The notes under the pieces were generated by a model that ran no database searches, was not told where the DNA came from, and saw nothing but the letters and a program-made list of their open reading frames with translations. Shown here in pieces: positions 1-10,808 of a stretch of 32,000 bases of DNA. Position numbers and translations under genes: made by a program. How positions within the stretch are numbered: the stretch's first letter is position 1; each line of letters starts with the position of its first letter. The stretch comes from Bordetella parapertussis (GTDB lineage Bacteria; Pseudomonadota; Gammaproteobacteria; Burkholderiales; Burkholderiaceae_C): the NCBI GenBank assembly GCA_945901125.1, contig CAMDKD010000001.1:70894-102893 (forward strand). Direction: 5' to 3'.

Positions 1-1457
<1,457 letters not shown>

Positions 1458-1461
<4 letters not shown>

Positions 1462-1715
1462 AACCGTCTGCGACGTGGTCCGCTCGGGCCCTTGCCTTCG
1501 ATATGTCTAAAGGTGATACGACCTTTGGTCATGTCATAAGGAGAGAGTTCCAAGGTGACTTTGTCGCCGGCCAGAATGCGGATGTGGTGCATGCGCATCT
1601 TGCCTGCGGTGTAGGCCACGAGTTCGTGGCCGTTGTCCAAAGTGACACGGTAGCGCGAGTCGGGTAGAACCTCGCGCACCATGCCGGACATTTCCAGCAT
1701 TTCTTCTTTGGACAT
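1458..1715 (-). CDS. infA: translation initiation factor IF-1, long paralogue with Arg-rich C-terminal tail
   Basis: 85 aa, with the S1-like IF-1 signature [64 protein letters not shown] plus the tail [15 protein letters not shown]. The length and tail match the second IF-1 copy found in Burkholderiales. Confidence 0.9.
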
Positions 1716-1737
1716 CAGCTGCCTTTAAGCTTGCGGC

Positions 1738-1944
1738 TTAATCGGCGGATTTGATGTTGGACGCTTGCAGGCCTTTGGGGCCGGTGGTCACTTCAAAGCT
1801 GACGCGTTGACCTTCTGCCAGGGTTTTGAAACCTTGGTTCTGGATCGCGGAAAAATGAGCGAACAAATCTTTGCCGCCGTCTTCGGGTGTAATAAAGCCA
1901 AAACCTTTGGACTCGTTAAACCATTTCACTGTACCTGTTGCCAT
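1738..1944 (-). CDS. cold-shock protein, CspA family
   Basis: 68 aa. [34 protein letters not shown] contains RNP1 (KGFGFI) and RNP2 (LFAHF). About 200 nt of noncoding sequence lies upstream (1945-2143), consistent with a long csp leader. Confidence 0.92.
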   Translation of the reverse strand: MATGTVKWFNESKGFGFITPEDGGKDLFAHFSAIQNQGFKTLAEGQRVSFEVTTGPKGLQASNIKSAD

Positions 1945-2143
1945 TTATTGCATTTCTTAAAAAAAAGGGAAGCCCCCCTCGGGGTCGAAGGTCAGAAAAG
2001 GCGATGAGACGAAGGGAGAAATACCTATGAGGGCAGAACTAAAAACGAACTACAACAACATAAACTGATAATCGAGGCCTGACTATGCACTGTTTTGGCA
2101 TATAAAGCAATCTTTATTTCAGTTATCGGCTAATATCCCGCAA

Positions 2144-2611
2144 ATGAGTGACATACGCGTACTGAAACAGGTGTTGAAACAACACCGCACCATTGCTGTG
2201 GTTGGTTTATCCGCAGACTGGTTCCGCCCTTCCTACTTTGCTGCCAAGTACATGCAAGCCCATGGTTACCGCATCGTGCCGGTCAACCCCAAGTACCAAA
2301 GCATCCTGGATGAAACCTGTTATGCCAGCCTGGCAGACATACCTTTTGCGGTGGATATCGTCGATGTGTTTCGCAAACCGGCCGATACCCCGGCGATTGC
2401 GCAACAGGCCGTAGACATTGGTGCCAAAGTGCTTTGGCTGCAACTCGGTGTGGTGAATGTTGATGCAGGTCGCATCGCTGAACAAGCCGGCCTCACCGTC
2501 ATCATGGACCGCTGTGTCAAGATAGAACACGCACGCCTGTTCGGCGGCCTGGGCTGGTTCGGTGTCAACACCGGCGTCATCTCGGCTCAACGTCAAATCC
2601 CACCTCAGTAA
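2144..2611 (+). CDS. CoA-binding domain protein (YccU-like)
   Basis: 155 aa. KTIAVVGLSADWFRPSYFAAKYMQAHGYRIVPVNPKY is a Rossmann-like CoA_binding_2 signature. Confidence 0.75.
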   Translation: MSDIRVLKQVLKQHRTIAVVGLSADWFRPSYFAAKYMQAHGYRIVPVNPKYQSILDETCYASLADIPFAVDIVDVFRKPADTPAIAQQAVDIGAKVLWLQLGVVNVDAGRIAEQAGLTVIMDRCVKIEHARLFGGLGWFGVNTGVISAQRQIPPQ

Positions 2612-2615
2612 AAAA

Positions 2616-3896
2616 ATGGCAGATCGCAATTTCGGTTTTGACACGCTCAGCCTGCACGCCGGGCAAATCCCGGACGCCGCCACCGGCAGCCGCGCAGTTC
2701 CTATTTACCAGACCACCTCGTATGTGTTTGACAGCGCTGAACACGCCGCCAGCCTGTTCAACCTGCAAACTTTCGGTAATGTGTATTCACGCCTGTCTAA
2801 CCCTACGGTCGCGGTGCTGGAAGAGCGCATTGCTGCACTCGAAGCCGGTCGCGCAGCAGTAGCCACAGGCAGTGGCATGGCGGCGCAAATGATTGCCTTG
2901 CTCAATGTTTGTGAAGCAGGCGACCAAATCGTTGCGGCCAAGACTTTGTACGGCGGCACGCACACCCAGCTTGGCGTGAATTTCAAAAAACTGGGCATTG
3001 AAACTATTTTTGTCGACGCCTCCGACCCGCAAAATTTCGCTCGCGCCATCACACCCAAAACCAAAGCCTTGTATGCCGAAACCCTTGGCAATCCGTCGCT
3101 GAATGTGCTGGATATAGAAGCTGTCGCTGCGATCGGTAACCACGCCGGCGTGCCACTGTTTATCGATAACACCTTTGCCAGCCCTTACCTGTGCCAGCCC
3201 TTCAAATGGGGCACGGCCATCAGCATTCACTCGGCGACAAAATTCATTGGCGGACACGGCACGACCATGGGCGGCGTCATCATTGAATCAGGCAAATTCC
3301 CCTGGGACAACGGCCGTTTTCCGAGCATGACCGAACCGTCCCCCGGCTACCATGGTGTGCGGTTTTATGAAACTTTTGGCGACTTCGGTTTCACCATGAA
3401 ATGCCGCATGGAAGGCATGCGCACTTTCGGCCCGGTACTCTCGCCTTTCAATGCATTTTTGTTGCTGCAAGGCGTAGAGACTTTGTCTTTGCGCATGGAC
3501 AGGCATTGCTGCAATGCGCTGTCGGTGGCCAAACATTTGCAAAACCACCCCAATGTTGCATGGGTGAACTACCCGGGCTTGGCAGATCACCCGGATCACG
3601 AATTGGCAAAAAAATACCTGCCGCGCGGTGCTGGTGCAGTATTGACTTTCGGGGTCAAAGGCGGGGCTGCGGCGGGTCAAACTTTCATTGAGAACGTTCA
3701 GTTTTTATCTCACTTGGCGAATATTGGAGATGCGAAAAGCTTGGTGATTCACCCGGCTTCTACGACGCACAGGCAACTGTCTGAAGAACAGCAGATTGCA
3801 GCCGGCGTGCCGCCAGACTTGATTCGCCTGAGTGTGGGCTTGGAGACGCTGGACGATATCATTTGGGATATTGAGCAGGCATTGGATAAGACCTGA
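2616..3896 (+). CDS. metY: O-acetylhomoserine aminocarboxypropyltransferase (sulfhydrylase), PLP-dependent
   Basis: The track ORF 2562-3896 is trimmed to the ATG at 2616 (MADRNFGFDTLSLHAGQ), the canonical N-terminus. The PLP-lysine motif is HSATKFIGGHG. The protein ends LIRLSVGLETLDDIIWDIEQAL. Confidence 0.9.
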   Translation: MADRNFGFDTLSLHAGQIPDAATGSRAVPIYQTTSYVFDSAEHAASLFNLQTFGNVYSRLSNPTVAVLEERIAALEAGRAAVATGSGMAAQMIALLNVCEAGDQIVAAKTLYGGTHTQLGVNFKKLGIETIFVDASDPQNFARAITPKTKALYAETLGNPSLNVLDIEAVAAIGNHAGVPLFIDNTFASPYLCQPFKWGTAISIHSATKFIGGHGTTMGGVIIESGKFPWDNGRFPSMTEPSPGYHGVRFYETFGDFGFTMKCRMEGMRTFGPVLSPFNAFLLLQGVETLSLRMDRHCCNALSVAKHLQNHPNVAWVNYPGLADHPDHELAKKYLPRGAGAVLTFGVKGGAAAGQTFIENVQFLSHLANIGDAKSLVIHPASTTHRQLSEEQQIAAGVPPDLIRLSVGLETLDDIIWDIEQALDKT

Positions 3897-3898
3897 TT

Positions 3899-4403
3899 TC
3901 TGACATGCGGGTTTAGCTTTGTGCAATCAGTTCACGCCATGCCGGCTCGGTCGTTGTCACGTTTCGAAAAGTAATGTGTTCACGCCATGCGGGTTTAGCT
4001 TTATGTAGTGTATTCACGCCATGCCGGTTCGGTTTTAAGCGAGGTGTTCACGCCATGCCGGCTCGGTCGCCGCTCACTGCCGCTGCGCGCCAATGTTCGC
4101 GTCGGCCCGCCCGCCATGTCGTCGTCCGTTCGCAGTTTTCTCCGATTGCATATCTTCGGTTTGATGAACCATTAATCTTTGTCAACGAAACAGCGCTCGT
4201 ACCTAAAACATCACATAGGCCGACAGAGGGGGCGTTTTTTTCGAGCGAAAGCGCAGAAAAAAATCGCACCGGATGGTTGGCCAAAGCGTGTGTTTAATTC
4301 GAGTGAAGTGTTCACGCCATGCCGGTTCGGTCGCCGCTCACTGCCGCTGCGCGCCAATGTTCGCGTCGGCCCGCCCGCCATGTCGTCGTCCGTTCGCAGT
4401 TTT
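3899..4403. repeat. Array of intergenic repeats: five copies of a TTCACGCCATGC(C/G)GG head motif, two GCGGGTTTAGCTTT units and two near-identical 95-bp copies
   Basis: The head motif starts at 3931, 3979, 4013, 4047 and 4311. ATGCGGGTTTAGCTTT occurs at about 3905 and about 3987. The long copy A (4045-4139) and copy B (4309-4403) differ at one position that I can see (CCGGCTCGG versus CCGGTTCGG). Both end in a T-run. Confidence 0.85.
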
Positions 4404-4451
4404 TTCTTCGATCGAGTTTCTGCTGTTCAATAGCTCAATAAGCACTTGAGC

Positions 4452-5351
4452 TCAAAGGTAAACAACGCCCAACACTATGAGAGCGATCAAACTGTATTTG
4501 GTCAGCTTGTACACCTTACGATTCCAGTTCTTGAAAACCTTGCGCTTTTCATCTACCAAGAAATGCCAATGCGTCAGTTTATTGATAGCCCCGGTTTGAT
4601 CCCCTGCATCATTCGGCGAACTCGCCGCTGACATCACCACGCGGCTGAACCAGCGGTTCAAAGCCGCCACCCAGGCAAACTTTGAAGGCCGCTCCACATC
4701 GCAAAACAAAATGATACGGTTATGCGCGCTCTTGTTATAAGCCTCGTGTATGTAGGTTTCGTCAAACACCACCCCCTGCCCGTCACGCCAACTGTGCCGC
4801 TCTCCGTCTACATCGATATAACACGCGTCGTCATTCGGTGTGACCAAACCTAAGTGATAGCGCAATGAACCGGCATAAGGGTCGCGGTGCCGGTTGAGTT
4901 GGCCGCCCGGCGGTAACTCTGCAAACATGGCAGCCTTGATGGTGGGAATGCTTTTTAAAATCGCCACGCTTTGCGGGCACAATTCAGCCGCAGACGGGTG
5001 TGCCGCGTCATACCATTTCAAATAAAACCGCTTCCAACCGTACTTGAAAAATGAATTGAATCCAATGTCATCGTGCTTGTCCGGTGCCTTGATGCGTTGC
5101 AATTCAGACAGATGCAAAGCCTCTGCGCGAAACACTTGCCAATTGTCTTGAATCTGTTGTAGCTCCGGCAATTCGTTCAAAGGCACATAAGGTTTGGTGG
5201 TGACTTTGGAGCACAACACCATCAAGGCATTGATGGGAGCTAACACAGCTGAGTGATCCAGAAACACTTTTTGCCATGAGGCCCTGACCCGTCCTCTGTA
5301 GTGACCGTAAAGAATGGCGGTCACCCATAGCGAAATCACAAACCATTTCAT
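4452..5351 (-). CDS. aspartyl/asparaginyl beta-hydroxylase-family Fe(II)/2-oxoglutarate dioxygenase, LpxO-like membrane protein
   Basis: 299 aa with hydrophobic N- and C-termini. Family-typical blocks are FNSFFKYGWKRFYLKWYD, LNRHRDPYAGSLRYHLGL and GVVFDETYIHEAYNKS. Confidence 0.7.
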   Translation of the reverse strand: MKWFVISLWVTAILYGHYRGRVRASWQKVFLDHSAVLAPINALMVLCSKVTTKPYVPLNELPELQQIQDNWQVFRAEALHLSELQRIKAPDKHDDIGFNSFFKYGWKRFYLKWYDAAHPSAAELCPQSVAILKSIPTIKAAMFAELPPGGQLNRHRDPYAGSLRYHLGLVTPNDDACYIDVDGERHSWRDGQGVVFDETYIHEAYNKSAHNRIILFCDVERPSKFAWVAALNRWFSRVVMSAASSPNDAGDQTGAINKLTHWHFLVDEKRKVFKNWNRKVYKLTKYSLIALIVLGVVYL

Positions 5352-5645
5352 GAAAATTTGCTTCTAAAGAATGCCACCGGCTTGTAAAAATCATGCCGCA
5401 AAGGTTTTTTCATAGTATTGATACAGGTCAACGCGCAAGAATGCCAGGGGGAAACAGCGAAGTCAGACGGCTTTTTAATCTGAGAATTCGATGATAACAG
5501 CGGCCACGGGTTTTAAAACCGGCTCGCCAGAACTTAAAAAAACAATAAATATCATCAACTTGGAAGGGACATATTCCTAGTAGATACACCTAAACACAGA
5601 CTGTGGTTTGCTAGTTATTCTGAACGTTTACCAGATTGAGCATAC

Positions 5646-6416
5646 ATGTCTTCTGACCTCAAGCAATCCATCATGTCCGGCCAGGTTGTCGCCGGTGCCA
5701 TGGTGTTCGAATTTTTTTCTCCGGGCCTGTCCAGCATTTTGCACAACGCGGGTGCGAAATATGTGATTTACGACATGGAGCACACCGGCCTGGACATGGA
5801 GTCTTTGAAAGGCTTGTTCGCTTCCTGTCGCGGTTTGCCTATTGCGCCCATGGTGCGCGTACCTGTGGGCGAATACACATGGTTAGCCCGCTCATTGGAT
5901 ATCGGCGCACACGGCGTGATGATTCCCATGGTCGAGTCGGCACAACAAGCAATCTCTATTGCCCAGGCCTGCCGCTATCCGCCCTTGGGTAGACGTGGCG
6001 CGGCCTTCGGTTTCGCACAATGCGACTACAAAGCCGGCGACATCATTCAAAAAATGCGCAACTTTCATGACCGAAACTTGGTCATCGCCCAGATCGAAAC
6101 CGAACGCGGACTCGAGCAGGTTGAAGCCATTGCGGCTGTCGACGGCATAGACGTGTTGTGGGTCGGCCATTTTGATTTGTCCAATTTCATGGGCATACCC
6201 GGTCAGTTTGATCACCCATTGTTTTTGGCCGCTATGAAACGAATTGCAGATGTTGCCAAAAAACACGGCAAAGTCGCTGGTTTCATGGCCACCGATGCCG
6301 CTTGGGCCGACAAGGTCATGGCCATGGGCTACACCATGATTGCCACGGGCACTGACACCGGCATGTTGCAACAAGGATTCAGCCACTTGATTCAGCACGT
6401 GGAAAAGCGGGGCTGA
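5646..6416 (+). CDS. HpcH/HpaI-family 2-keto-3-deoxy-acid aldolase
   Basis: 256 aa. The blocks YVIYDMEHTGLD, PMVRVP, GVMIPMVESAQQA, RYPPLGRRG, IAQIETERGL and DVLWVGHFDLS are typical of class II HpcH aldolases. Confidence 0.8.
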   Translation: MSSDLKQSIMSGQVVAGAMVFEFFSPGLSSILHNAGAKYVIYDMEHTGLDMESLKGLFASCRGLPIAPMVRVPVGEYTWLARSLDIGAHGVMIPMVESAQQAISIAQACRYPPLGRRGAAFGFAQCDYKAGDIIQKMRNFHDRNLVIAQIETERGLEQVEAIAAVDGIDVLWVGHFDLSNFMGIPGQFDHPLFLAAMKRIADVAKKHGKVAGFMATDAAWADKVMAMGYTMIATGTDTGMLQQGFSHLIQHVEKRG

Positions 6417-6418
6417 GC

Positions 6419-7399
6419 ATGGCATTCAAACTCGGTCTTTCCAAAGACCTGCTAGACGCCAGCGGCAAACCCAGTTTTGGGCCCGGTCCCATGGACATAC
6501 TGAACAAAGAAGTCGGTATCGATTATGAATTTCTGCCTGAATCGGTCAGCGAAATCACGCCTGACATCATGGCGAGTTATGACGGTTTGTACGTCAACAG
6601 CCCGCAAGTCACGGCGCATTCAGTGTCACGCGCTGATTGCAGGGTCAAGATTGTGGCCAGGCACGGCGTCGGCTATGACTCGGTCGACGTCAAAGCTTTG
6701 GCCGACAAAGGCATCATCACCACCAATACGCCGGTAGCGGTGCGTCGTCCGGTGGCAGTGGCAGCGCTGACCTTTGTGTTCGCCTTAGCCGGTCGATTGA
6801 TCACCAAAGACAAGTTAACCCGTGAAGGCCGTTGGCATGAGCGCACCAGCCACATGGGTCTGGGCTTGACCTCGCGCACGCTGGGTGTGATCGGCGTCGG
6901 TGGCATAGGCCAGGAGTTGCTGGCCTTGGCCAAACCTTTCGGCTGGCGCATGCTCGCTTCTGACCCGCATGTCGCCACTTCGCGCATAGAAGCTTTGGGC
7001 GCAGACCACGTCAGCACCGAAACCCTGCTCAGCCAAAGTGACTTTGTGGTTTGCAGTTTGATTTTGAACGCTCAGACCCGCCATTTTTTGAATGCGAAAC
7101 GTCTTGCCTTGATGAAAAAACAGGCTTACCTGATCAACATGGCACGCGGCCCTGTGGTTGACGAAGCTGCATTGATTCACGCGCTGAAATCCGGCGCGCT
7201 TGCCGGGGCTGCGCTTGATGTGTTCGAGCAAGAACCCGTGGCAAGTGATAACCCGTTGCTGACAATGGACAACGTGTTGCTAGCGCCGCATTCTCTGTGC
7301 TGGACCGATGAATGCTTTGACCATATCGCGCGAGAAGGTTTGGGGTGCATCGTGTCGTTTGCCAACGGACGCATGCCTTTATCCATAGTCAAAGTTTGA
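6419..7399 (+). CDS. D-isomer-specific 2-hydroxyacid dehydrogenase (NAD-binding)
   Basis: 326 aa. The dinucleotide fold is LGVIGVGGIGQELL, followed by LINMARGPVVDEAAL and AALDVFEQEP, with the catalytic His region LLAPHS. Confidence 0.85.
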   Translation: MAFKLGLSKDLLDASGKPSFGPGPMDILNKEVGIDYEFLPESVSEITPDIMASYDGLYVNSPQVTAHSVSRADCRVKIVARHGVGYDSVDVKALADKGIITTNTPVAVRRPVAVAALTFVFALAGRLITKDKLTREGRWHERTSHMGLGLTSRTLGVIGVGGIGQELLALAKPFGWRMLASDPHVATSRIEALGADHVSTETLLSQSDFVVCSLILNAQTRHFLNAKRLALMKKQAYLINMARGPVVDEAALIHALKSGALAGAALDVFEQEPVASDNPLLTMDNVLLAPHSLCWTDECFDHIAREGLGCIVSFANGRMPLSIVKV

Positions 7400-7449
7400 A
7401 CACAAAAGGAGGAAAACCCATACCTGTCAGTTGTTGTCGTTTGAAGGTT

Positions 7450-7482
7450 GACAGTCAGATCAGCTGCACTGTCTGTTTTTTT
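7450..7482 (+). terminator. candidate Rho-independent terminator or attenuator between the dehydrogenase gene and the binding-protein gene
   Basis: The GACAGTCAG (7450-7458) and CTG-C-ACTGTC (7464-7473) stem has one bulge and is followed by TGTTTTTTT. An alternative pairing of CTGTCA (about 7424) with TGACAG (7449-7454) is possible. Confidence 0.45.
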
Positions 7483-7505
7483 GTAAGTTTCTATCCACGA
7501 AAAGT

Positions 7506-8972
7506 ATGAAGGAGACCAATGTGAATTTTCATTTCAAAAAACTGCACTTGAGTTGTATGACAGCTTTGGCAACCGCCATGCTGTTGACTGCAGGCATGTC
7601 GCAGGCGCAAAGCACCGCTCAGCGTGCTGTTGACGCTGCCAAAAAAATGTGTAACGGCAAGACCATTACCGTTGTCTGGGAAGCCGGACTGCAATCGCTA
7701 GACCCTAAAAACTTCTCCGGTCCGATGTGGGAAAAGCTCACCAGTTGCAAGATCAACGTGATTGAGGTCCCGACCGCAGAAATGTTCACCAAAATCATGC
7801 AGGAATACCGCGCCGGTACCGGTGCTTATGACGCATTGAACGTGATTCCCTCTTGGATGCCTGACTTGGTTCAGGCTGGCGCACTCGAGCCGCTGGACGC
7901 CATGGTGGACAAATACGCTTACCGCGACGAGCTGCAAAAAATCGCGCCCACCTACCGCGATAACCAAATGAAGGTCAACGGCAAGATCTACGGTTTTCCT
8001 GATGACGGTGATGTCTTCATCATGTATTACCGCAAAGACATTTTTGCCGATGCCGCATTGCGCAAAGATTTCAAAGCCAAGTTCAACTATGAACTGGCAC
8101 CGCCTACAACTTGGAAACAGTTTTCAGAAATCGGTCAGTTTCTGACTGAAAAACTCAAAGCCAAAGGTACATTCGGCGCGTCTCAGTTTCGTGAACCCGG
8201 TTACGGCAACTTCATGTTTCAGGAACGTTTCCGCAATGAAGGCGGCAAATTCTTTGACAACAATATGAAAGCGCAAATCAACGGCCCAGCAGGCGTCAAG
8301 GTTTTGACCGACTGGCGCAATGAAAATAAATTCATGCCCCCGGGCGTGGAGAAATTCGGCTTTGTAGAAAACCTGGCTGTTTTCCTCAAAGGTGAAAGCG
8401 CCATGACTATTTCATGGCCGCCCTATGGTCGATTCGCTGCCGGTTACATCAAGGATGAAGCCATGAAGTGGGTGCCCGAGTCCAAGGTGGCCGGTAAAGT
8501 CGGTTACGCATTGCCACCAGGCGGTCATCCTGAACTCGCGGCCGGATTCGCTTTGTCTGTGACCTCCAACAGCAAGAACAAAGAACTTGCGTATTTGTTC
8601 ATTCAGTGGCTCAACAGCGAAGAGATTTCCATGCAACGTGTGCAACTGCCTTACACCTTGCGCGACCCCTTCCGCGATTCACATTTCACCAGCAAAGAGT
8701 ACATGGCGAAATGGCCAGATGCCAAAGACTATTTGGCTGCGCTGCAAGCAGGTTCTAAAACCGGTTTGCTCGATTTGTCTTTGATCCAAACCGACAAATA
8801 CGAAGAAGCATTGCGCCAGGGCATCAGCCGCTTGTGGGCCGGTGAAGATCCCAAGAAAATTCTGGACAATGTTGCCAAGTCATGGGATGAAACCACTCAA
8901 AAGGTCGGCGTAGACAAGCAAAAAGCTGTTTACAACGCCTGGGCTGCCAAAGGCGGCGCTTATCCTAAATAA
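7506..8972 (+). CDS. ABC transporter periplasmic substrate-binding protein (family 1, carbohydrate type)
   Basis: 488 aa with signal peptide LSCMTALATAMLLTAGMSQAQS. Composition is typical of a sugar-binding protein and the gene is followed by two permease genes and an ATPase gene. An alternative start is GTG 7521, preceded by AAGGAG at 7509-7514. Confidence 0.85.
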   Translation: MKETNVNFHFKKLHLSCMTALATAMLLTAGMSQAQSTAQRAVDAAKKMCNGKTITVVWEAGLQSLDPKNFSGPMWEKLTSCKINVIEVPTAEMFTKIMQEYRAGTGAYDALNVIPSWMPDLVQAGALEPLDAMVDKYAYRDELQKIAPTYRDNQMKVNGKIYGFPDDGDVFIMYYRKDIFADAALRKDFKAKFNYELAPPTTWKQFSEIGQFLTEKLKAKGTFGASQFREPGYGNFMFQERFRNEGGKFFDNNMKAQINGPAGVKVLTDWRNENKFMPPGVEKFGFVENLAVFLKGESAMTISWPPYGRFAAGYIKDEAMKWVPESKVAGKVGYALPPGGHPELAAGFALSVTSNSKNKELAYLFIQWLNSEEISMQRVQLPYTLRDPFRDSHFTSKEYMAKWPDAKDYLAALQAGSKTGLLDLSLIQTDKYEEALRQGISRLWAGEDPKKILDNVAKSWDETTQKVGVDKQKAVYNAWAAKGGAYPK

Positions 8973-9008
8973 GCTTCAAGCCTCTTTGTAGATATAACAT
9001 CATCAGCG

Positions 9009-9030
9009 CAGCGCCGTTCTCACGGCGCTG
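9009..9030 (+). promoter_or_regulatory. GC-rich hairpin just downstream of the binding-protein gene (intra-operon attenuator or mRNA stabiliser)
   Basis: CAGCGCCG-TTCTCA-CGGCGCTG forms a perfect 8-bp stem and is followed by CCTGTTTG. The T-tail is poor, so it is probably a partial terminator. Confidence 0.4.
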
Positions 9031-9075
9031 CCTGTTTGACACCTTGCATTCATTGTTCATCCGGTAGACCTTGTC

Positions 9076-9972
9076 TTGAGACATTCTGTTGCAACCCCCT
9101 CTATCCAAGACCAGCAAAAGCTGTTCGCACGCTTGCTGATCACGCCAGCCATGCTGGTGCTATTGCTGGTGGCTGTATTCCCTCTGATTTACATGATCCT
9201 GGTCAGCTTCCAGGGCATCACCATGATGGACAACAGCTCAGACTTTGTCGGGTTGGTGAATTACCGCGCTATTTTTAAAGACCAGCGGCTATGGGAAGCC
9301 GTCATGCATACCTTGATTTTTCTAGCCATTGCTTTGCCGTTGGAGTTATTCATCGGTTTGTTGATGGCGCAACTTTTTTTGAATAAATTGCCGGGTCGGC
9401 AAATCATGATAGGCCTGTTGGTACTGCCCGTGGTGGTGTCGCCCGTTGTGGCCGGGGCCATCTGGTCTTTGATGTTTGACAACCGCTTTGGTCCGATCAA
9501 CCAGGTGTTGGGTTGGTTATTCGGACAAGAGATGACCATACTGTGGACCATCAAGCCGGAACTGGTGTATCCCGCTATCCTGGTGGCAGAAATATGGCAA
9601 TGGACGCCGTTCATGTTTTTGCTGCTGTTAGCCGCGCTGGCAAATGTTGATAAATCTCAACTAGAAGCTGCCGCTATTGATGGTGCGGGTTACTGGCGCA
9701 TATTTTTTCTGATTGTTCTTCCCTCTATCTGGCCGGTAATGGCGATTGCGCTGCTGATCCGCATGCTGGATTTATTTCGATTGTTTGATGTGGTCTGGGC
9801 TTTGACTCAGGGCGGCCCGGGCACCATGACAGAAACCATTTCTATATTTACTTACAACCAAGGCTTCAGGCAATTTGAGACCAGCTACACCGCGGCTGTG
9901 GCTTTGCTGATCGTGGTCATGCTCAGTGTGGTGCTGATGTGGGCTTTAAAGCGTGTGGGATTGTCAAGATGA
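9076..9972 (+). CDS. ABC transporter permease (MalF/UgpA-like)
   Basis: 298 aa and multi-TM. The EAA-loop region is LEAAAIDGAGYWRIFFLIVLP. The track start is TTG, so the exact start is uncertain. Confidence 0.85.
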   Translation: MRHSVATPSIQDQQKLFARLLITPAMLVLLLVAVFPLIYMILVSFQGITMMDNSSDFVGLVNYRAIFKDQRLWEAVMHTLIFLAIALPLELFIGLLMAQLFLNKLPGRQIMIGLLVLPVVVSPVVAGAIWSLMFDNRFGPINQVLGWLFGQEMTILWTIKPELVYPAILVAEIWQWTPFMFLLLLAALANVDKSQLEAAAIDGAGYWRIFFLIVLPSIWPVMAIALLIRMLDLFRLFDVVWALTQGGPGTMTETISIFTYNQGFRQFETSYTAAVALLIVVMLSVVLMWALKRVGLSR

Positions 9973-10802
9973 ACCGTGTACCGCTCTCCTCCCGTATCAG
10001 CCTAGGGCTGCGCTTTTGCGCTGCCGTTTTGATCACGCTTGCGTTTTTGTTTCCCGTGTATTGGCTGGCGATGAATTCATTCAAAACCGCCGACGAGATT
10101 TACGCCTCTCCGCCTGTGTGGTGGCCGGCCGCACTGCAATGGAGCAACTATCTGGTGTTATTCAAAGACGGCGATGCCGTCTCGGTTTTTAACAGCCTGG
10201 TGGTCGCCACTGTGTCCACCGTGCTTGCCATGAGCATTGGCACGCTGTGCGCCTACAGTCTGGCGCGGTACAAAACCGGCGGAGACGATTTGTCCAACTG
10301 GATCATTTCACAGCGCATGGTGCCGCCGATTGCCGTGGTGTTTCCGATTTTTCTGCTCTATGTTTACCTGGGTTGGGTAGACACCTATGTTGGCATGATT
10401 TTGCTTTACACCGCGTTCAATCTTCCTTATGTGATCTGGATGATGCGCGGCTACATACAAGATATACCACGTTCACTGGAAGAAGCCGCTTTGGTTGATG
10501 GCTGCACACCGTGGGAGGTGTTTTACAAAGTGGTGCTGCCCATGTGCAAGGGCGGTTTGTTTGCCACCGCCATTTTTGCTTTCATCTTTGCGTGGAATGA
10601 ATTTTTATTTGCGCTGGTACTCACCCGCACCGAGGTCACCACATACACGGTACAAGTCACGCATTACTTCGGTGGTCAATCCAATTTCTGGACCAAAATC
10701 GCCGCCATGTCGGTACTCGGCACCTTGCCTGTGTTCATTGCGGTGGTCTTCATGCAACGTTACCTGGTCAGAGGCATTTCTCTGGGCGCGGTCAAAGGAT
10801 AA
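9969..10802 (+). CDS. ABC transporter permease (MalG/UgpE-like)
   Basis: Trimmed to ATG 9969 (MNRVPLSS), which overlaps the upstream stop as ATGA. The EAA loop is LEEAALVDGCTPWEVFYKVVLP. Confidence 0.88.
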   Translation: MNRVPLSSRISLGLRFCAAVLITLAFLFPVYWLAMNSFKTADEIYASPPVWWPAALQWSNYLVLFKDGDAVSVFNSLVVATVSTVLAMSIGTLCAYSLARYKTGGDDLSNWIISQRMVPPIAVVFPIFLLYVYLGWVDTYVGMILLYTAFNLPYVIWMMRGYIQDIPRSLEEAALVDGCTPWEVFYKVVLPMCKGGLFATAIFAFIFAWNEFLFALVLTRTEVTTYTVQVTHYFGGQSNFWTKIAAMSVLGTLPVFIAVVFMQRYLVRGISLGAVKG

Positions 10803-10808
10803 AAACAC

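Noticed and set aside
1945-2143. Small CCCC-GAG-GGGG hairpin and A/T runs upstream of the csp gene, considered as a terminator or riboswitch
   Set aside because: The stem has only 4-5 bp and the T-run is not adjacent to it. The long leader is typical of csp mRNAs, but no specific structure can be supported by eye.
3899-4403. Possible CRISPR array, given the repeated 23-nt head motif
   Set aside because: Spacing between copies is irregular (48, 34, 34 and 264 nt). The apparent spacers are themselves repeated. The repeats are degenerate, and no cas genes or leader are nearby. It behaves like a REP/MITE-type or tandem intergenic repeat.
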